Part shown: positions 14,959 through 25,442 of the stretch, one piece after another
Layout of the letters: each line of letters begins with the position of its first letter
Position numbering within the stretch: the first letter of the stretch is position 1
Assembly: GCF_001735745.1 (NCBI RefSeq)
Contig: NZ_CP017260.1
Coordinates: forward strand, 2,100,001-2,132,000
Direction of reading: 5' to 3'
DNA length: 32,000 nt
Source: Formosa sp. Hel1_33_131
GTDB taxonomy: Bacteria > Bacteroidota > Bacteroidia > Flavobacteriales > Flavobacteriaceae
Program-made: the position numbers and the translations under genes
Notes under the pieces: generated by a model
What the model saw: only the letters and a program-made list of their open reading frames with translations
Told to the model about the DNA's origin: nothing
The model's database searches: none

Positions 14959-16992
14959 TTAATAATCAACTCTAAAAAATCCCTTTTCACTTGTTTGATG
15001 AAACGGGATTTTTTTTGCTTCACACGTCAACTTCCAGCGCTCTTGATAGGTTCTGTAATTACTCCCATCCCAAATAATTAATTCAGGCTGCAGGCTGTCA
15101 ATCAAACGGTTTAAGTTTATTTTTGGAGATTGTCTCAATAAAACCCACTGCGGCTTGATACTTTTAACAGTATAAACCCCAAGACTGTCCACTACCAACA
15201 GCAGCTTGTCGTCAATTTTATAGAGACGTTGAATGGAATCTGTAGATTGGGTTTTAATCCCGGCACCAATTTTATAATTATCTATCATACGCTGATTGTT
15301 TATGCTGTCTAAATCGTGATGAATCTCAAGATGTTGGTTGGACTGCAATCCAAAAACGCTGTGTCTGGATTTATGAAAAACAACAAATGAATTTTTAGAT
15401 ATCAGTGCCGGGATCTGTTTTACAAAGACTTGAAAACTGAGGATGCAGATTCCCAAAATCAGAAGGTTTTTAAACGTTTTTTTATGATAAAAAATACCAA
15501 GTAAAAACAGGATGAGGTAACTAATCACAAGAGCGGTTAAATCAAATGAAATTTGTTCAAACAGAAAGGTTTCTTTAGATGCCACCCATTCCACAAACCG
15601 ATTCATCGATTGAATAATCCATGCTAAAGTGTGTACTAAAAATTCTGGAGGTTTGTAAACTACGGCTAAAATCATGGTTGCAATTCCCAAACCAAGTATA
15701 ACGATCAGACAGGGAACGACGACCATATTGGTCACAAAAAATAAGCCCGGAAATTGATGAAAATAATAGAGACTCAAGGGCAAAACACCTATTTGAGCGG
15801 CGATGGATACTTTGAGTAAATCAAGAAACCAATTGCCAACCCGGTTTTTAAAACTCCCCCACGAATCTAAAACAGGCTTCACAATGATAATGGAGGCGAC
15901 CGCTGCATAACTGAGTTGAAATCCCACATCAAAACAAAATCCAGGCCGTACCAATAAAAGTATAAATGCTGACACAGCTAAGATGTTTAACGAATTTGAA
16001 GACCGTTTTAATCCCCTTACGATTGCAAACAAACTAAACATCGTCACCGCTCTGACTACTGAAGGGGACAAGCCCGCCATCACAGCAAAGCTCCACAAAA
16101 CACAAAGAACGATAAGCAAACGCACAAATTCTCCTTGTCCAAAATACAGTAAAGGATTCAGTATAAATTGAAGAATTAACAACAGAATCCCAATGTGAAG
16201 TCCTGAAATGGCAAGAATGTGAATGGCTCCCGCTTTCGAGTAAGCCTCGTACACATCAGAAGTAATATCTTGGCGTTGCCCCAAAAGTAAGGCCTTTATA
16301 AAGGCGCGTTCAATCGGTTTGAAAGGCAGCTCTTTGAGGCGTTTGTTCAACGCTTCACGAATGGTTTCAGCATAGGCTGTAATGGTAGTTGGCGATTGTG
16401 GAATGGCTAAAACAATTTGGTCTTTCAGAAACACTTGACGGTAAATCCCCAGGCGCTTCAGATAGTTTTTATAATCAAATTGATAGGGGTTTAGAGGTGC
16501 GTTCACCTCTTTAAGAGATGCTGTGGTTAAAATTTTTTCATTCACATTAAAGTTTGCTGTGTTTGATTCCTTACTCAAATTAATCAACAGTGTTCCTGAT
16601 GCCAGAGTGGAATTAACTTTTAAAAGTTCCACATAATAGCGGTGGTTATAAGTGTTCGGTTTTAATCGTTTTTTGACTATAAATTCAAGTTGGTGTAAAT
16701 GCTCTTCCGCGATGGTTTCTAGATGGGAATAATGAGTTTTAGAGAATTTTGAGGAATGTATTTTAGAGACAAATACACCAAGTAATACCATCATTATAAG
16801 TACCATCAGCGATGGCCAATACAATGTTTTGCGGTGCTTTTTACAATAAAAATGTATTCCGATTAATACAAAGAGAATGAAGCCGATCCCTCCTAAAATT
16901 AGAGGTATGGGAACAACCATATAATCGCTGATTAGAATGCCAATCGCGAGAAAAATGGTAAGTTTTAATAGGGGGTAATGAAAGGCCTTCAT
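14959..16992 (-). CDS. ComEC/Rec2-family DNA internalisation channel protein
   Basis: A 677-aa polytopic membrane protein. It has an N-terminal DUF4131-like region and a competence-domain block (AYSKAGAIHILAISGLHIGILL ... RAVTMFSLF ... GFQLSYAAV). Confidence 0.85.
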   Translation of the reverse strand: MKAFHYPLLKLTIFLAIGILISDYMVVPIPLILGGIGFILFVLIGIHFYCKKHRKTLYWPSLMVLIMMVLLGVFVSKIHSSKFSKTHYSHLETIAEEHLHQLEFIVKKRLKPNTYNHRYYVELLKVNSTLASGTLLINLSKESNTANFNVNEKILTTASLKEVNAPLNPYQFDYKNYLKRLGIYRQVFLKDQIVLAIPQSPTTITAYAETIREALNKRLKELPFKPIERAFIKALLLGQRQDITSDVYEAYSKAGAIHILAISGLHIGILLLILQFILNPLLYFGQGEFVRLLIVLCVLWSFAVMAGLSPSVVRAVTMFSLFAIVRGLKRSSNSLNILAVSAFILLLVRPGFCFDVGFQLSYAAVASIIIVKPVLDSWGSFKNRVGNWFLDLLKVSIAAQIGVLPLSLYYFHQFPGLFFVTNMVVVPCLIVILGLGIATMILAVVYKPPEFLVHTLAWIIQSMNRFVEWVASKETFLFEQISFDLTALVISYLILFLLGIFYHKKTFKNLLILGICILSFQVFVKQIPALISKNSFVVFHKSRHSVFGLQSNQHLEIHHDLDSINNQRMIDNYKIGAGIKTQSTDSIQRLYKIDDKLLLVVDSLGVYTVKSIKPQWVLLRQSPKINLNRLIDSLQPELIIWDGSNYRTYQERWKLTCEAKKIPFHQTSEKGFFRVDY
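14974..15016 (+). terminator. Hairpin plus T-run terminator for the thioredoxin gene, embedded in the 3' end of the convergent ComEC gene
   Basis: AAAAAATCCCtTTTC ... GAAAcGGGATTTTTT (about 14 bp with one mismatch) flanked by A-run/T-run, so it is potentially bidirectional. It overlaps the last ~19 codons of the minus-strand ComEC ORF. Confidence 0.5.
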
Positions 16993-17063
16993 TGTACGAA
17001 AAAAAGCCGAACCATTATGAATGGATTCGAAGCAGGTTTAGATTAGGGTTTAATTTTAAACCT

Positions 17064-18176
17064 CTAATTTAACGAATTATAAATTAATTCTGCAACATTT
17101 TTACTGGCACCTGGTCCTCCAAGTTTTGTTTCAAGTTCATGATAGGCCTCAAATTGAGCCTCACGAACAGGGCCTTCCAAAATAGAAGAAAGCTCTTTTG
17201 CAATCCGTTCTGAGTTAAAATCCCCTTGAATTAATTCGGTCACAACCTCTTTATTTAAAATCAAATTCACCAAGGAAATAAATTTCAATTTCACCAACTG
17301 TCTTCCAATCTGATACGAAATCCAACTCGACTTATAGCAAACCACTTCTGGCACTTTAAACAAGGCAGTTTCTAAAGTAGCGGTTCCTGAAGTCACCAAG
17401 GCAGCATGAGAGACGCTTAATAAATCGTAAGTGCAGTTTTCCACAAAATACACGTTTTCGTTTGCAATAAACGAGCTGTAAAATTCAGGATCCTGACTCG
17501 GCGCTCCTGCAATTACAAATTGATAGTCACTAAAGGTTTTTACAATGCTCAGCATCCCCGCGAGCATCTTGTTAATTTCTTGTTTTCGACTGCCTGGTAA
17601 GAGCGCAATAATGGGTTTTTCGTTGAGTTGATGTGTTTTGCGAAACGCCGTTTCATCCACAGGAGTTCTGTCGGCAATGGCATCGATAAGTGGGTGCCCT
17701 ACAAATGTGACAGGCATGCCGTGTTTGTCTTCATAAAACTCTTTTTCAAAAGGGAGAATGACATACATTTTATCGACATCGCGCTTGATGGCAGTGATCC
17801 GATTTTCTTTCCAAGCCCAAATTTGTGGAGAAATATAATAATGAGTTTTAAAGCCTTCAATTTTTGCCCACTTCGCAATGCGCATATTGAACCCTGGGTA
17901 ATCAATAAAGATCAGACAATCGGGTTGGTAGTACTCAATGTCTTTTTTACAAAAGGATAAATTTTTGGTGATTGTTCTTAGGTTCATCACCACTTCAAAA
18001 AAGCCCATAAAAGCCAATTCTTTGTAATGCTTCACCAAGGTGCCCCCTACATTTTGCATCAAGTCACCACCCCAAAACCTGAATTCTGCATTCACATCTG
18101 TTTTTTTAAGGGCTTTCATCAGGTTTGCAGCATGCAAATCTCCTGAGGCTTCTCCAGCAATAATGTAATACTTCAT
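17064..18176 (-). CDS. lpxB: Lipid-A-disaccharide synthase
   Basis: MKYYIIAGEASGDLHAANLMKAL N-terminus, YISPQIWAWKENR, LLPGSRKQEI and SGTATLETALFKVPEVVCYK, characteristic of LpxB. Confidence 0.92.
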   Translation of the reverse strand: MKYYIIAGEASGDLHAANLMKALKKTDVNAEFRFWGGDLMQNVGGTLVKHYKELAFMGFFEVVMNLRTITKNLSFCKKDIEYYQPDCLIFIDYPGFNMRIAKWAKIEGFKTHYYISPQIWAWKENRITAIKRDVDKMYVILPFEKEFYEDKHGMPVTFVGHPLIDAIADRTPVDETAFRKTHQLNEKPIIALLPGSRKQEINKMLAGMLSIVKTFSDYQFVIAGAPSQDPEFYSSFIANENVYFVENCTYDLLSVSHAALVTSGTATLETALFKVPEVVCYKSSWISYQIGRQLVKLKFISLVNLILNKEVVTELIQGDFNSERIAKELSSILEGPVREAQFEAYHELETKLGGPGASKNVAELIYNSLN

Positions 18177-18470
18177 TTAAGATCTAATTAAAAAGGTTGC
18201 GAGTGCAATTATAATAGTAGCTGTCAAAACGCCTCCTGCTCGAGCATCCTGCCGTTTACGAATAAAATAAAAGAAACAAATTAAATTCAGAATGGCACCT
18301 AAACTAATGAGTTTACCCATGAACCCCTCGGTTTGAGCAGTCTCTAAAACTTTAAGAATAGTATCTGAACGCCCCGATAATTTACCCAAGACAACGGCTG
18401 CTATTACGAGCCCAATTATATTTGCGAAAAGGCCTACTATAAACCCTTGTAAAAGTTCTTTTTTATTCAT
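18177..18470 (-). CDS. Small integral membrane protein of unknown function (97 aa, three hydrophobic segments)
   Basis: The ORF sits tightly between surE (8-bp overlap) and lpxB (abutting), which suggests one operon. Its hydrophobic helices are FIVGLFANIIGLVIAAVVLG, LISLGAILNLICFFYFI and VLTATIIIALATFLI. Confidence 0.6.
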   Translation of the reverse strand: MNKKELLQGFIVGLFANIIGLVIAAVVLGKLSGRSDTILKVLETAQTEGFMGKLISLGAILNLICFFYFIRKRQDARAGGVLTATIIIALATFLIRS

Positions 18471-19239
18471 TGAAATCCCATTTATTTAATTCTTGAATGT
18501 AGTGATGTGCGGTCAAATCATAGTGGACAGGTACCACAGAAACAAAGCCGTTTTCTAACGCCCATTCGTCAGTATCCTCTCCTTTATCTAGGTTATTAAA
18601 CTCACCAGTCAGCCAGTAATAATCCCGACCCAAAGGAGTCTGACGTTTGTCAAATTTTTCAATCCAATTCGCATTGGCTTGTCGGCACACGCGGATGCCT
18701 TTTATCTCGTTTTCTAAAAGTTTTGGAAAGTTCACATTTAGAATAATGCCTTTTTGTAATCCTTGGTTTAAAACCTGTAAAGAGACGGTTTTTATAAACG
18801 ACTCAATTTGACTAAAATCGGCTTCCCATTTATAATCTAAAAGTGAAAATCCAATCGCAGGAATCCCTTCCATACCCGCTTCAATTGCGGCACTCATAGT
18901 CCCTGAATAAATCACATTCACAGAAGAATTTGATCCGTGGTTCACGCCTGAAACACATAAGTCTGGTTTGCGGTCCAAGAGTTCATGCACCGCTAACTTC
19001 ACACAATCCGCAGGCGTTCCTGAAGTACTGTATTCTGTTTGAGGCCCCTTATCAATCCGTTCTCTTTTACAATACAAAGTATCGTTAATAGTGATCGCGT
19101 GTCCCATGGCACTTTGTGGACTGTCAGGTGCCACAACGATAACGTCTCCAATCGTATTCATGACTTTTATCAAAGTACGTATTCCCGGTGCAGTGATGCC
19201 ATCATCATTGGTGACCAAAATCAAAGGTCTTTTTGTCAT
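18463..19239 (-). CDS. surE: 5'/3'-nucleotidase SurE
   Basis: ILVTNDDGITAPGIRTL N-terminal motif, SGVNHGSNSSVNVIYSGTMSAAIEA. Length is 258 aa. Confidence 0.92.
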   Translation of the reverse strand: MTKRPLILVTNDDGITAPGIRTLIKVMNTIGDVIVVAPDSPQSAMGHAITINDTLYCKRERIDKGPQTEYSTSGTPADCVKLAVHELLDRKPDLCVSGVNHGSNSSVNVIYSGTMSAAIEAGMEGIPAIGFSLLDYKWEADFSQIESFIKTVSLQVLNQGLQKGIILNVNFPKLLENEIKGIRVCRQANANWIEKFDKRQTPLGRDYYWLTGEFNNLDKGEDTDEWALENGFVSVVPVHYDLTAHHYIQELNKWDFNE

Positions 19240-19398
19240 TTATGTTGCGTTTAAGTTCCTACAAAAGTAAGTAATTTGTAGCTTATTTGATGATTTTAGA
19301 CGCTTTAACAAAAAATTATTACCATTCCATAAGGTTGGCATAATTTTTTCTTATATTTTAGAATATTATTTATGAGTCCCTAAAAACAGTTTATCCAC

Positions 19399-21504
19399 AT
19401 GAAGCGAAATATCAATATTTTTTTAGTCTCCATTCTTATCGCATTTGCGTCTTGTAGCTTTACGTCAAAATCTTTTGATGACCCTGACAAAGACAAGCTT
19501 TTAATGCAACTGATTACCTATCTATTAGAAGAAGGTCATTTTGAGCCAAAGGATATAAACGATGCCTTTTCGGAAGGTCTTTATATGAGCTTTTTAAATC
19601 AAGTGGATCCGTTCAAGAATTATTTTTATCAATCTGATATTAATGAATTTGAAAGCTATAAAACCGATTTAGATAATCAAATTTTAAACCATGATGTGAG
19701 TTTTTTCAATCTTGTGTATAAACGCTTATTGACACGAATTGAAGAATCTAGAAAGGTTTACAGCCAAGTTTTAGACACGCCTTTTGATTATGATTTAGAG
19801 GAAACCTTCAATACCGATTATGAGAATAAATCCTATGCGGCTTCCAAATCTGAAATGAAAGACAACTGGCGAAAACAGCTTAAATTTTCTACACTTTCAA
19901 ATTATCACGATTTAGTCACTGATGAAAAAGAAACAAAAAAATCTAATACAGAATTAGAAGTTGAAGCAAGAGAAACCACTTTGAAATCCTTAAATGAAAC
20001 TGCTAGTTATATCGATGATCTGAGACGTGAAGATTGGTTGTCAATGTATATCAATGCGATTGCTGAAGAATTTGATCCACACACGTTTTATTTCGCTCCT
20101 AAAGACAAGGACCGTTTTGATGCTCAAATGTCTGGAAAATACGAAGGAATTGGGGCGCGTCTTCAAAAACGAATGGATGAAATTAGTATTACAGAACTTA
20201 TTTCTGGAGGCTCTGCATGGCGTCAGAACAAACTAGAAGTTGGAGATATCATTTTGAAAGTCCGTCAAGAAGATGAGCTAGAAGCCGTGAATGTGGTGGG
20301 GATGCGATTGGATGATGCTGTCAAACTCATCAAAGGTCCAAAAGGAACGAATGTGATTCTCACGCTTAAAAAAGTGGATGGCACCGTTGAAGACTTAAGT
20401 ATCCCAAGAGACGAAATTGAACTTGAAGAAACCTATGCAAAATCGACCATCGTTGAAAAAGAGGGTGCTAAATTTGGTGTTATAAATCTCCCCAAATTCT
20501 ATATAGATTTTGAAGATATTAACAGTAGAAATGCTGCAACGGACGTAAAAAAAGAAATTGAACGATTGAAGGCTGAGGGCATGCAAGGGCTGGTCTTAGA
20601 TTTAAGAAATAACGGTGGCGGTTCTTTAAAAACGGTCGTTGATATGGGAGGCTTATTTATAGATGAAGGTCCAATCGTTCAGGTGCGTTCTACGGGGGAA
20701 GACAAAGAAGTTCTAAAAGATACAGATCGATCCATTGAATGGGATGGGCCTCTTGTTATTTTAGTCAATGAGTTATCCGCTTCTGCTTCGGAAATTTTAG
20801 CCGCAGCCATGCAAGACTATAAACGTGCCATTGTGATTGGGAGCAAACAAACCTACGGAAAAGGCACGGTTCAAAACATTGTTGATTTAAACCGTATGAT
20901 TCGAAGTAATACCAATGGAGACATGGGCGCTTTCAAATTTACAACTCAAAAATACTACCGAATTAATGGAGGCTCAACCCAGCTAGAAGGTGTTAAAAGT
21001 GATGTGGTCGTTCCAGACCGTTACAGTTACATCGATATTGGAGAAAAAGATCAAGACAATCCACTTGAATGGGACGAAATTGCACCCGCAAATTATAAGG
21101 TGTTGGAAAGTACTTTTGACTATGAGACGACGATTCAAAACAGTAAAAACCGCATGAATTCGAGTTCAGAAATTAAGCTTATTGATGACAATGCGCGTTG
21201 GATCAAAACCATGAGAGATCAATCGGTTTATCCACTCAATTTTTCAAAATATTCACAAGATATTGAATTGAATGAAACAGAGGCAAAACGTTATGATGTC
21301 TTATCAGAATACCAAACAGATTTAACATTTGAGTCGTTACCCTACGAGCGTCCTTTAATGGAGCAGGATTCTGTTTTCAAAATCAATCGCACACGTTGGC
21401 ATGAAAATCTTAGCAAAGACATTTATATGGAAGAAGCGATTAATGTACTAAGTGATTTAAAAAGTTCTTATAAAATCGATAAACTATCACAGGTTAAAGA
21501 TTAA
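19399..21504 (+). CDS. Carboxy-terminal processing (tail-specific) peptidase, family S41, lipoprotein
   Basis: Lipobox ...IAFASC, a PDZ segment (GIGARLQ...GGSAWRQNKLEVGDIILKV), and an S41 catalytic region (DLRNNGGGSL, SASASEILAAAMQD, TYGKGTVQ). Confidence 0.9.
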   Translation: MKRNINIFLVSILIAFASCSFTSKSFDDPDKDKLLMQLITYLLEEGHFEPKDINDAFSEGLYMSFLNQVDPFKNYFYQSDINEFESYKTDLDNQILNHDVSFFNLVYKRLLTRIEESRKVYSQVLDTPFDYDLEETFNTDYENKSYAASKSEMKDNWRKQLKFSTLSNYHDLVTDEKETKKSNTELEVEARETTLKSLNETASYIDDLRREDWLSMYINAIAEEFDPHTFYFAPKDKDRFDAQMSGKYEGIGARLQKRMDEISITELISGGSAWRQNKLEVGDIILKVRQEDELEAVNVVGMRLDDAVKLIKGPKGTNVILTLKKVDGTVEDLSIPRDEIELEETYAKSTIVEKEGAKFGVINLPKFYIDFEDINSRNAATDVKKEIERLKAEGMQGLVLDLRNNGGGSLKTVVDMGGLFIDEGPIVQVRSTGEDKEVLKDTDRSIEWDGPLVILVNELSASASEILAAAMQDYKRAIVIGSKQTYGKGTVQNIVDLNRMIRSNTNGDMGAFKFTTQKYYRINGGSTQLEGVKSDVVVPDRYSYIDIGEKDQDNPLEWDEIAPANYKVLESTFDYETTIQNSKNRMNSSSEIKLIDDNARWIKTMRDQSVYPLNFSKYSQDIELNETEAKRYDVLSEYQTDLTFESLPYERPLMEQDSVFKINRTRWHENLSKDIYMEEAINVLSDLKSSYKIDKLSQVKD

Positions 21505-21510
21505 TTGAGC

Positions 21511-22599
21511 ATGAAAAAACAAGGATTAACAACGTTAGCACTCCAGAAATTCAAAAAAAGTTTTTGGGGTGTTTTTAGTTTTTGGTTTATTATTTTTCTG
21601 GCATTCATTTCTGTTTTTGCTTATGTGTTAGCCCCAGACAATTCTCAGTTTGCCAATCAAATGCATTTATCGATCCACTCGAAACAACCGGGGTTTACAG
21701 TAGAAATGCTTGTGGTTCCAAACACCTTAAAGAACGATCAAGGTTTTTTGAACCGTGTTTTTTTTGGTAGCACAAATCCATCTTCGGAAATTCCGATTAC
21801 ATCTTATGAATCTGAACCCCATCAAATAAAATATGTGGAATACGCCTCAGAAGGCCTTGAGGGTTTAGAGAAAACGGTGAATATTCCGTCTGATATTGAA
21901 GCTTCACTACGCCCTTTTGTCACTCAAAAAACATTCTATTTTGGAACCGACAAGTATGGACGGGATCTTTTGAGTCGAATTTTAGTTGGTGCTCGAATTT
22001 CATTTTCAATTGGTTTTGTGGCCGTTTTTATTTCGCTTCTTATCGGAATTTTACTCGGAAGTATTGCAGGTTATTTTGGAGGTAAATGGGACAAACTGAT
22101 TATGTGGATCATTAATGTGACTTGGTCAATCCCTACGCTGCTTTTGGTCATTGCAATTACGTTGGCTTTGGGGAAAGGGTTTTGGCAAGTGTTTATTGCA
22201 GTTGGACTTACCATGTGGGTGGAGGTGGCCAGAATTGTAAGAGGGCAGGTGATGAGCGTCAAAGAAATGCAATACGTCACTGCAGCACGTGCATTAGGCT
22301 ACACAGATTTCAGAATTATATTAAAACATATTTTACCAAACATATTAGCCCCTGTTATTGTCATTTCGGCAGCTAATTTTGCAGCGGCTATTCTGATTGA
22401 AAGTGGACTCAGTTTTTTAGGCATTGGGGCACAACCTCCCATGTCTAGTTGGGGTGCGATGATCAAAGATCATTATAACTATATCATTTTAGGGAAACCC
22501 TATTTAGCACTCATTCCGGGGCTTTGCATCATGAGTTTAGTCATGGCGTTTATGCTGATCGGAAACTCTTTGAGAGATGCTTTGGATGTAAAATCTTAA
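21511..22599 (+). CDS. ABC transporter permease, DppC/OppC-like (binding-protein-dependent transport inner-membrane component)
   Basis: The C-terminal ~200 aa carry the permease pattern (GTDKYGRDLLSRILVGARISFSIG ... EAA-like loop YVTAARALGYTDFRIILKHILPN). ATG 21511 is preferred over TTG 21505. No ATPase or binding-protein gene is adjacent. Confidence 0.85.
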   Translation: MKKQGLTTLALQKFKKSFWGVFSFWFIIFLAFISVFAYVLAPDNSQFANQMHLSIHSKQPGFTVEMLVVPNTLKNDQGFLNRVFFGSTNPSSEIPITSYESEPHQIKYVEYASEGLEGLEKTVNIPSDIEASLRPFVTQKTFYFGTDKYGRDLLSRILVGARISFSIGFVAVFISLLIGILLGSIAGYFGGKWDKLIMWIINVTWSIPTLLLVIAITLALGKGFWQVFIAVGLTMWVEVARIVRGQVMSVKEMQYVTAARALGYTDFRIILKHILPNILAPVIVISAANFAAAILIESGLSFLGIGAQPPMSSWGAMIKDHYNYIILGKPYLALIPGLCIMSLVMAFMLIGNSLRDALDVKS

Positions 22600-23132
22600 A
22601 GTTCTATTTCGGGAGGATAGCTACACAAAATTGAAGTCACAAAAGTATTGATACGTTCGTCTTTATGCTTCACACTGGATGTTAAATTCCCACGTCCAAT
22701 TCCTTGCCAAATGAGTTCTTTTCGCGTCGTATCAATCAAATCAATATACAAGGTGCCTTGAGTCGAATTTGAAACATTGTAATGTGTTCCTAAATAAGGG
22801 CCGCGAGCCCAACCCCAACCATACCCAAAAGAATTGTAGTTGTTATTATAGATATTAATTTCTTGTTTTTCTTTCGTAAAAAAGTTGACAAGCAAGTCGG
22901 GTGTGTCTGATTTTGTAAAGCCTTTTTCAAGAAGTGCCGTTTCAATAGCACCTAAAATACGACGTTTGTCTAAATCGCTAATTTCTGCACGGTCCACACC
23001 TTCTTTATGAAAGCCAAAGGTTTTATAGGTTTTGAAAGGAGCTACTTTATCATAATCCGTCACCACACGTACCGACTGACAAGAGGTTAGAAAGAGGAGG
23101 GCGATTACAAAAGAGAGTGTTTTAGTTTTCAT
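22596..23132 (-). CDS. DUF4136-like lipoprotein
   Basis: Lipobox LFLTSCQS followed by VRVVTDYDKVAPFKTYKTFGF and LYIDLIDTTRKELIWQG, the pattern I associate with DUF4136. It overlaps the convergent permease gene by 4 bp. Confidence 0.65.
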   Translation of the reverse strand: MKTKTLSFVIALLFLTSCQSVRVVTDYDKVAPFKTYKTFGFHKEGVDRAEISDLDKRRILGAIETALLEKGFTKSDTPDLLVNFFTKEKQEINIYNNNYNSFGYGWGWARGPYLGTHYNVSNSTQGTLYIDLIDTTRKELIWQGIGRGNLTSSVKHKDERINTFVTSILCSYPPEIEL

Positions 23133-23153
23133 GTCTTTATGTTTATTGGTTAT

Positions 23154-25154
23154 TTATAGTTTTTCCAAAAGTGATTCATCTACACTGTTTGGGATTGTTA
23201 TTTTTAAAAGTGGTTCAGTTTCCATCGCCCGTTTAATCGCAAAGATGGCGCCTTCATTTCGAGCCCAGTTCCGTCGTGCAATGCCATTATTGACATCCCA
23301 GAACAACATGGATTTTAAACGCCTGTCTGCTTCTGCAGTACCATCAAGAACCATACCAAAGCCGCCATTGATCACTTCGCCCCAGCCAACACCGCCGCCA
23401 TTATGGATGCTTACCCAGGTGGCACCCCGAAAACTATCGCCTATCACATTTTGAATGGCCATGTCTGCCGTGAATTGAGAGCCATCATAAATATTACTCG
23501 TTTCTCTATAAGGGGAATCCGTTCCTGACACATCGTGGTGATCACGTCCCAATATGACCGTGCCAATTTCTTTGTTGGCAATGGCTGTATTAAAGGCTTC
23601 TGCAATTTTCATACGCCCTTCAGCATCGGCATATAAAATCCGTGCTTGCGATCCAACAACCAGTTTATGGTCTTGCGCCCCTTTGATCCACTGGATATTG
23701 TCCGTCATTTGTTGTTGAATTTCCTGCGGAGCTTTTTTCTTAAGTTCCTCTAAAACACGACACGCGATGGCATCCGTTTTCGCGAGATCTTCTGGAGTTC
23801 CTGAAGCACATACCCATCGAAAAGGCCCAAATCCATAATCAAAACACATCGGGCCCATAATGTCCTGAACATAACTCGGATACTTAAAATCAATCCCGTT
23901 TTCCGCCATAATATCTGCGCCCGCACGCGAAGCTTCTAATAAAAACGCATTTCCATAATCAAAGAAATACGTACCCTTATCCGTATGTTTTTGAACAATG
24001 GCAGCATGACGTCTTAAGGATGCTTTTACCTTTTCTTTAAACAATTCTGGGTCTGTCCCCATCAATATATTGGCTTCCTCATAACCCATTCCGGCAGGGT
24101 AATAGCCTCCAGCCCACGGATTGTGTAAGGACGTTTGATCGCTTCCTAAATCTACATGAATGTCAGATTCGTAAAATCCTTCCCACACATCAATCACATT
24201 TCCTAAATACGCAAGAGATACAATTTCTTTATCACTTTTTGCTTTGCGAACGCGTTGAACGAGCACTTCTAAATCGGTAAAAACTTCATCAACCCAACCT
24301 TGTGAATGGCGGGTGTAAATTGCTTTCTCGTTTACTTCAGCACAGACGGTAATACAGCCTGCAATGTTTCCTGCTTTTGGTTGCGCACCACTCATGCCTC
24401 CTAAACCTGCGGTCAAAAAGATATTTCCAAGAGGTGATTTTTTTATTTTTCTAAAAGCATTCAATACTGTAATTGTAGTGCCATGAACAATGCCTTGAGG
24501 ACCAATGTACATATAACTACCAGCGGTCATTTGACCGTATTGAGACACGCCTAAGGCATTAAATTTCTCCCAGTCATCAGGTTTTGAATAGTTAGGAATC
24601 ATCATACCGTTGGTGACCACCACTCTTGGTGCTTCTGAGTGAGACGGGAATAATCCCATGGGATGCCCAGAATACATAACCAATGTTTGGGTGTCGGTCA
24701 TTTGTGACAAATACTGCATTGTCAGTCGGTATTGTGCCCAATTTGAAAACACGCTGCCATTGCCTCCGTAAGTAATCAATTCGTGCGGGTGTTGTGCGAT
24801 GGCATCATCCAAATTATTTTGAATCATCAACATGATGGCGGCGGCTTGTTTGCTATTGGCGGGATAGTCGTCAATGGGACGCGCCACTATTTTATGGGTA
24901 GGGCGGAAGCGGTACATATAAATACGCCCATACGTCTCCAATTCGTTTTTGAATTCTTCAATAAGAATTGCATGGTGTTTTTTATCAAAATAACGCAACG
25001 CATTTTTCAAAGCCAGTTTAGTTTCTTCCGCACTTAAAATCGATTTTCGTTTCGGAGCATGGTTATAGCTGCTGTCATACGTCCTTTTTTGGGGCAACGT
25101 CGCTGGAATTCCTTCTAAAACCTCCTCTTTAAATGTAAGTTCTATCGCGTTCAT
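23154..25154 (-). CDS. hutU: Urocanate hydratase (long form)
   Basis: A 666-aa protein with LGGMSGAQPKAG, GPQGIVHGT, YVQDIMGPMCFDYGFGPFRWVC and VSIHNGGGVGWGEVINGG, all diagnostic urocanase blocks. Confidence 0.93.
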   Translation of the reverse strand: MNAIELTFKEEVLEGIPATLPQKRTYDSSYNHAPKRKSILSAEETKLALKNALRYFDKKHHAILIEEFKNELETYGRIYMYRFRPTHKIVARPIDDYPANSKQAAAIMLMIQNNLDDAIAQHPHELITYGGNGSVFSNWAQYRLTMQYLSQMTDTQTLVMYSGHPMGLFPSHSEAPRVVVTNGMMIPNYSKPDDWEKFNALGVSQYGQMTAGSYMYIGPQGIVHGTTITVLNAFRKIKKSPLGNIFLTAGLGGMSGAQPKAGNIAGCITVCAEVNEKAIYTRHSQGWVDEVFTDLEVLVQRVRKAKSDKEIVSLAYLGNVIDVWEGFYESDIHVDLGSDQTSLHNPWAGGYYPAGMGYEEANILMGTDPELFKEKVKASLRRHAAIVQKHTDKGTYFFDYGNAFLLEASRAGADIMAENGIDFKYPSYVQDIMGPMCFDYGFGPFRWVCASGTPEDLAKTDAIACRVLEELKKKAPQEIQQQMTDNIQWIKGAQDHKLVVGSQARILYADAEGRMKIAEAFNTAIANKEIGTVILGRDHHDVSGTDSPYRETSNIYDGSQFTADMAIQNVIGDSFRGATWVSIHNGGGVGWGEVINGGFGMVLDGTAEADRRLKSMLFWDVNNGIARRNWARNEGAIFAIKRAMETEPLLKITIPNSVDESLLEKL

Positions 25155-25321
25155 TTTGTTAGATTTTGTGTGTTCGTTTGGGTGTTATATCCATAGGGGC
25201 AATGCTTGCATCCACTCTCACAGCAATAGCCGCGTTTGAGGTGGTATTGAGCTGTAAAACAACGATACCCTTCTGCTGTGAGGTAGTAATCGTCTGTTTC
25301 TATAGGGATGTATTTTTTCAT
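25151..25321 (-). CDS. Small Cys-rich protein (DUF5522-like), translationally coupled to hutU
   Basis: The ATG at 25321 gives MKKYIPIETDDYYLTAEGYRCFTAQYHLKRGYCCESGCKHCPYGY (56 aa). Its stop overlaps the hutU start by 4 bp. The track's longer start (25354) is not needed. Confidence 0.6.
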   Translation of the reverse strand: MKKYIPIETDDYYLTAEGYRCFTAQYHLKRGYCCESGCKHCPYGYNTQTNTQNLTK

Positions 25322-25442
25322 AGTTAACAAAGATAATCTAAATTTTAGACACACAATTTTTGACGGTTTTTTGCTTTATTAGTTCTATGCTGAACACTAT
25401 CATTAAAGTATTTAGTATTTTTACATTTCAGTTTTTACAGCA

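Noticed and set aside
22596-22599. Convergent gene-end overlaps (22596-22599 permease/DUF4136; 28377-28382 hemL/phosphatidyltransferase) as regulatory oddities
   Set aside because: Overlaps of 4-6 bp between convergent stop regions are common in compact bacterial genomes and need no special explanation.
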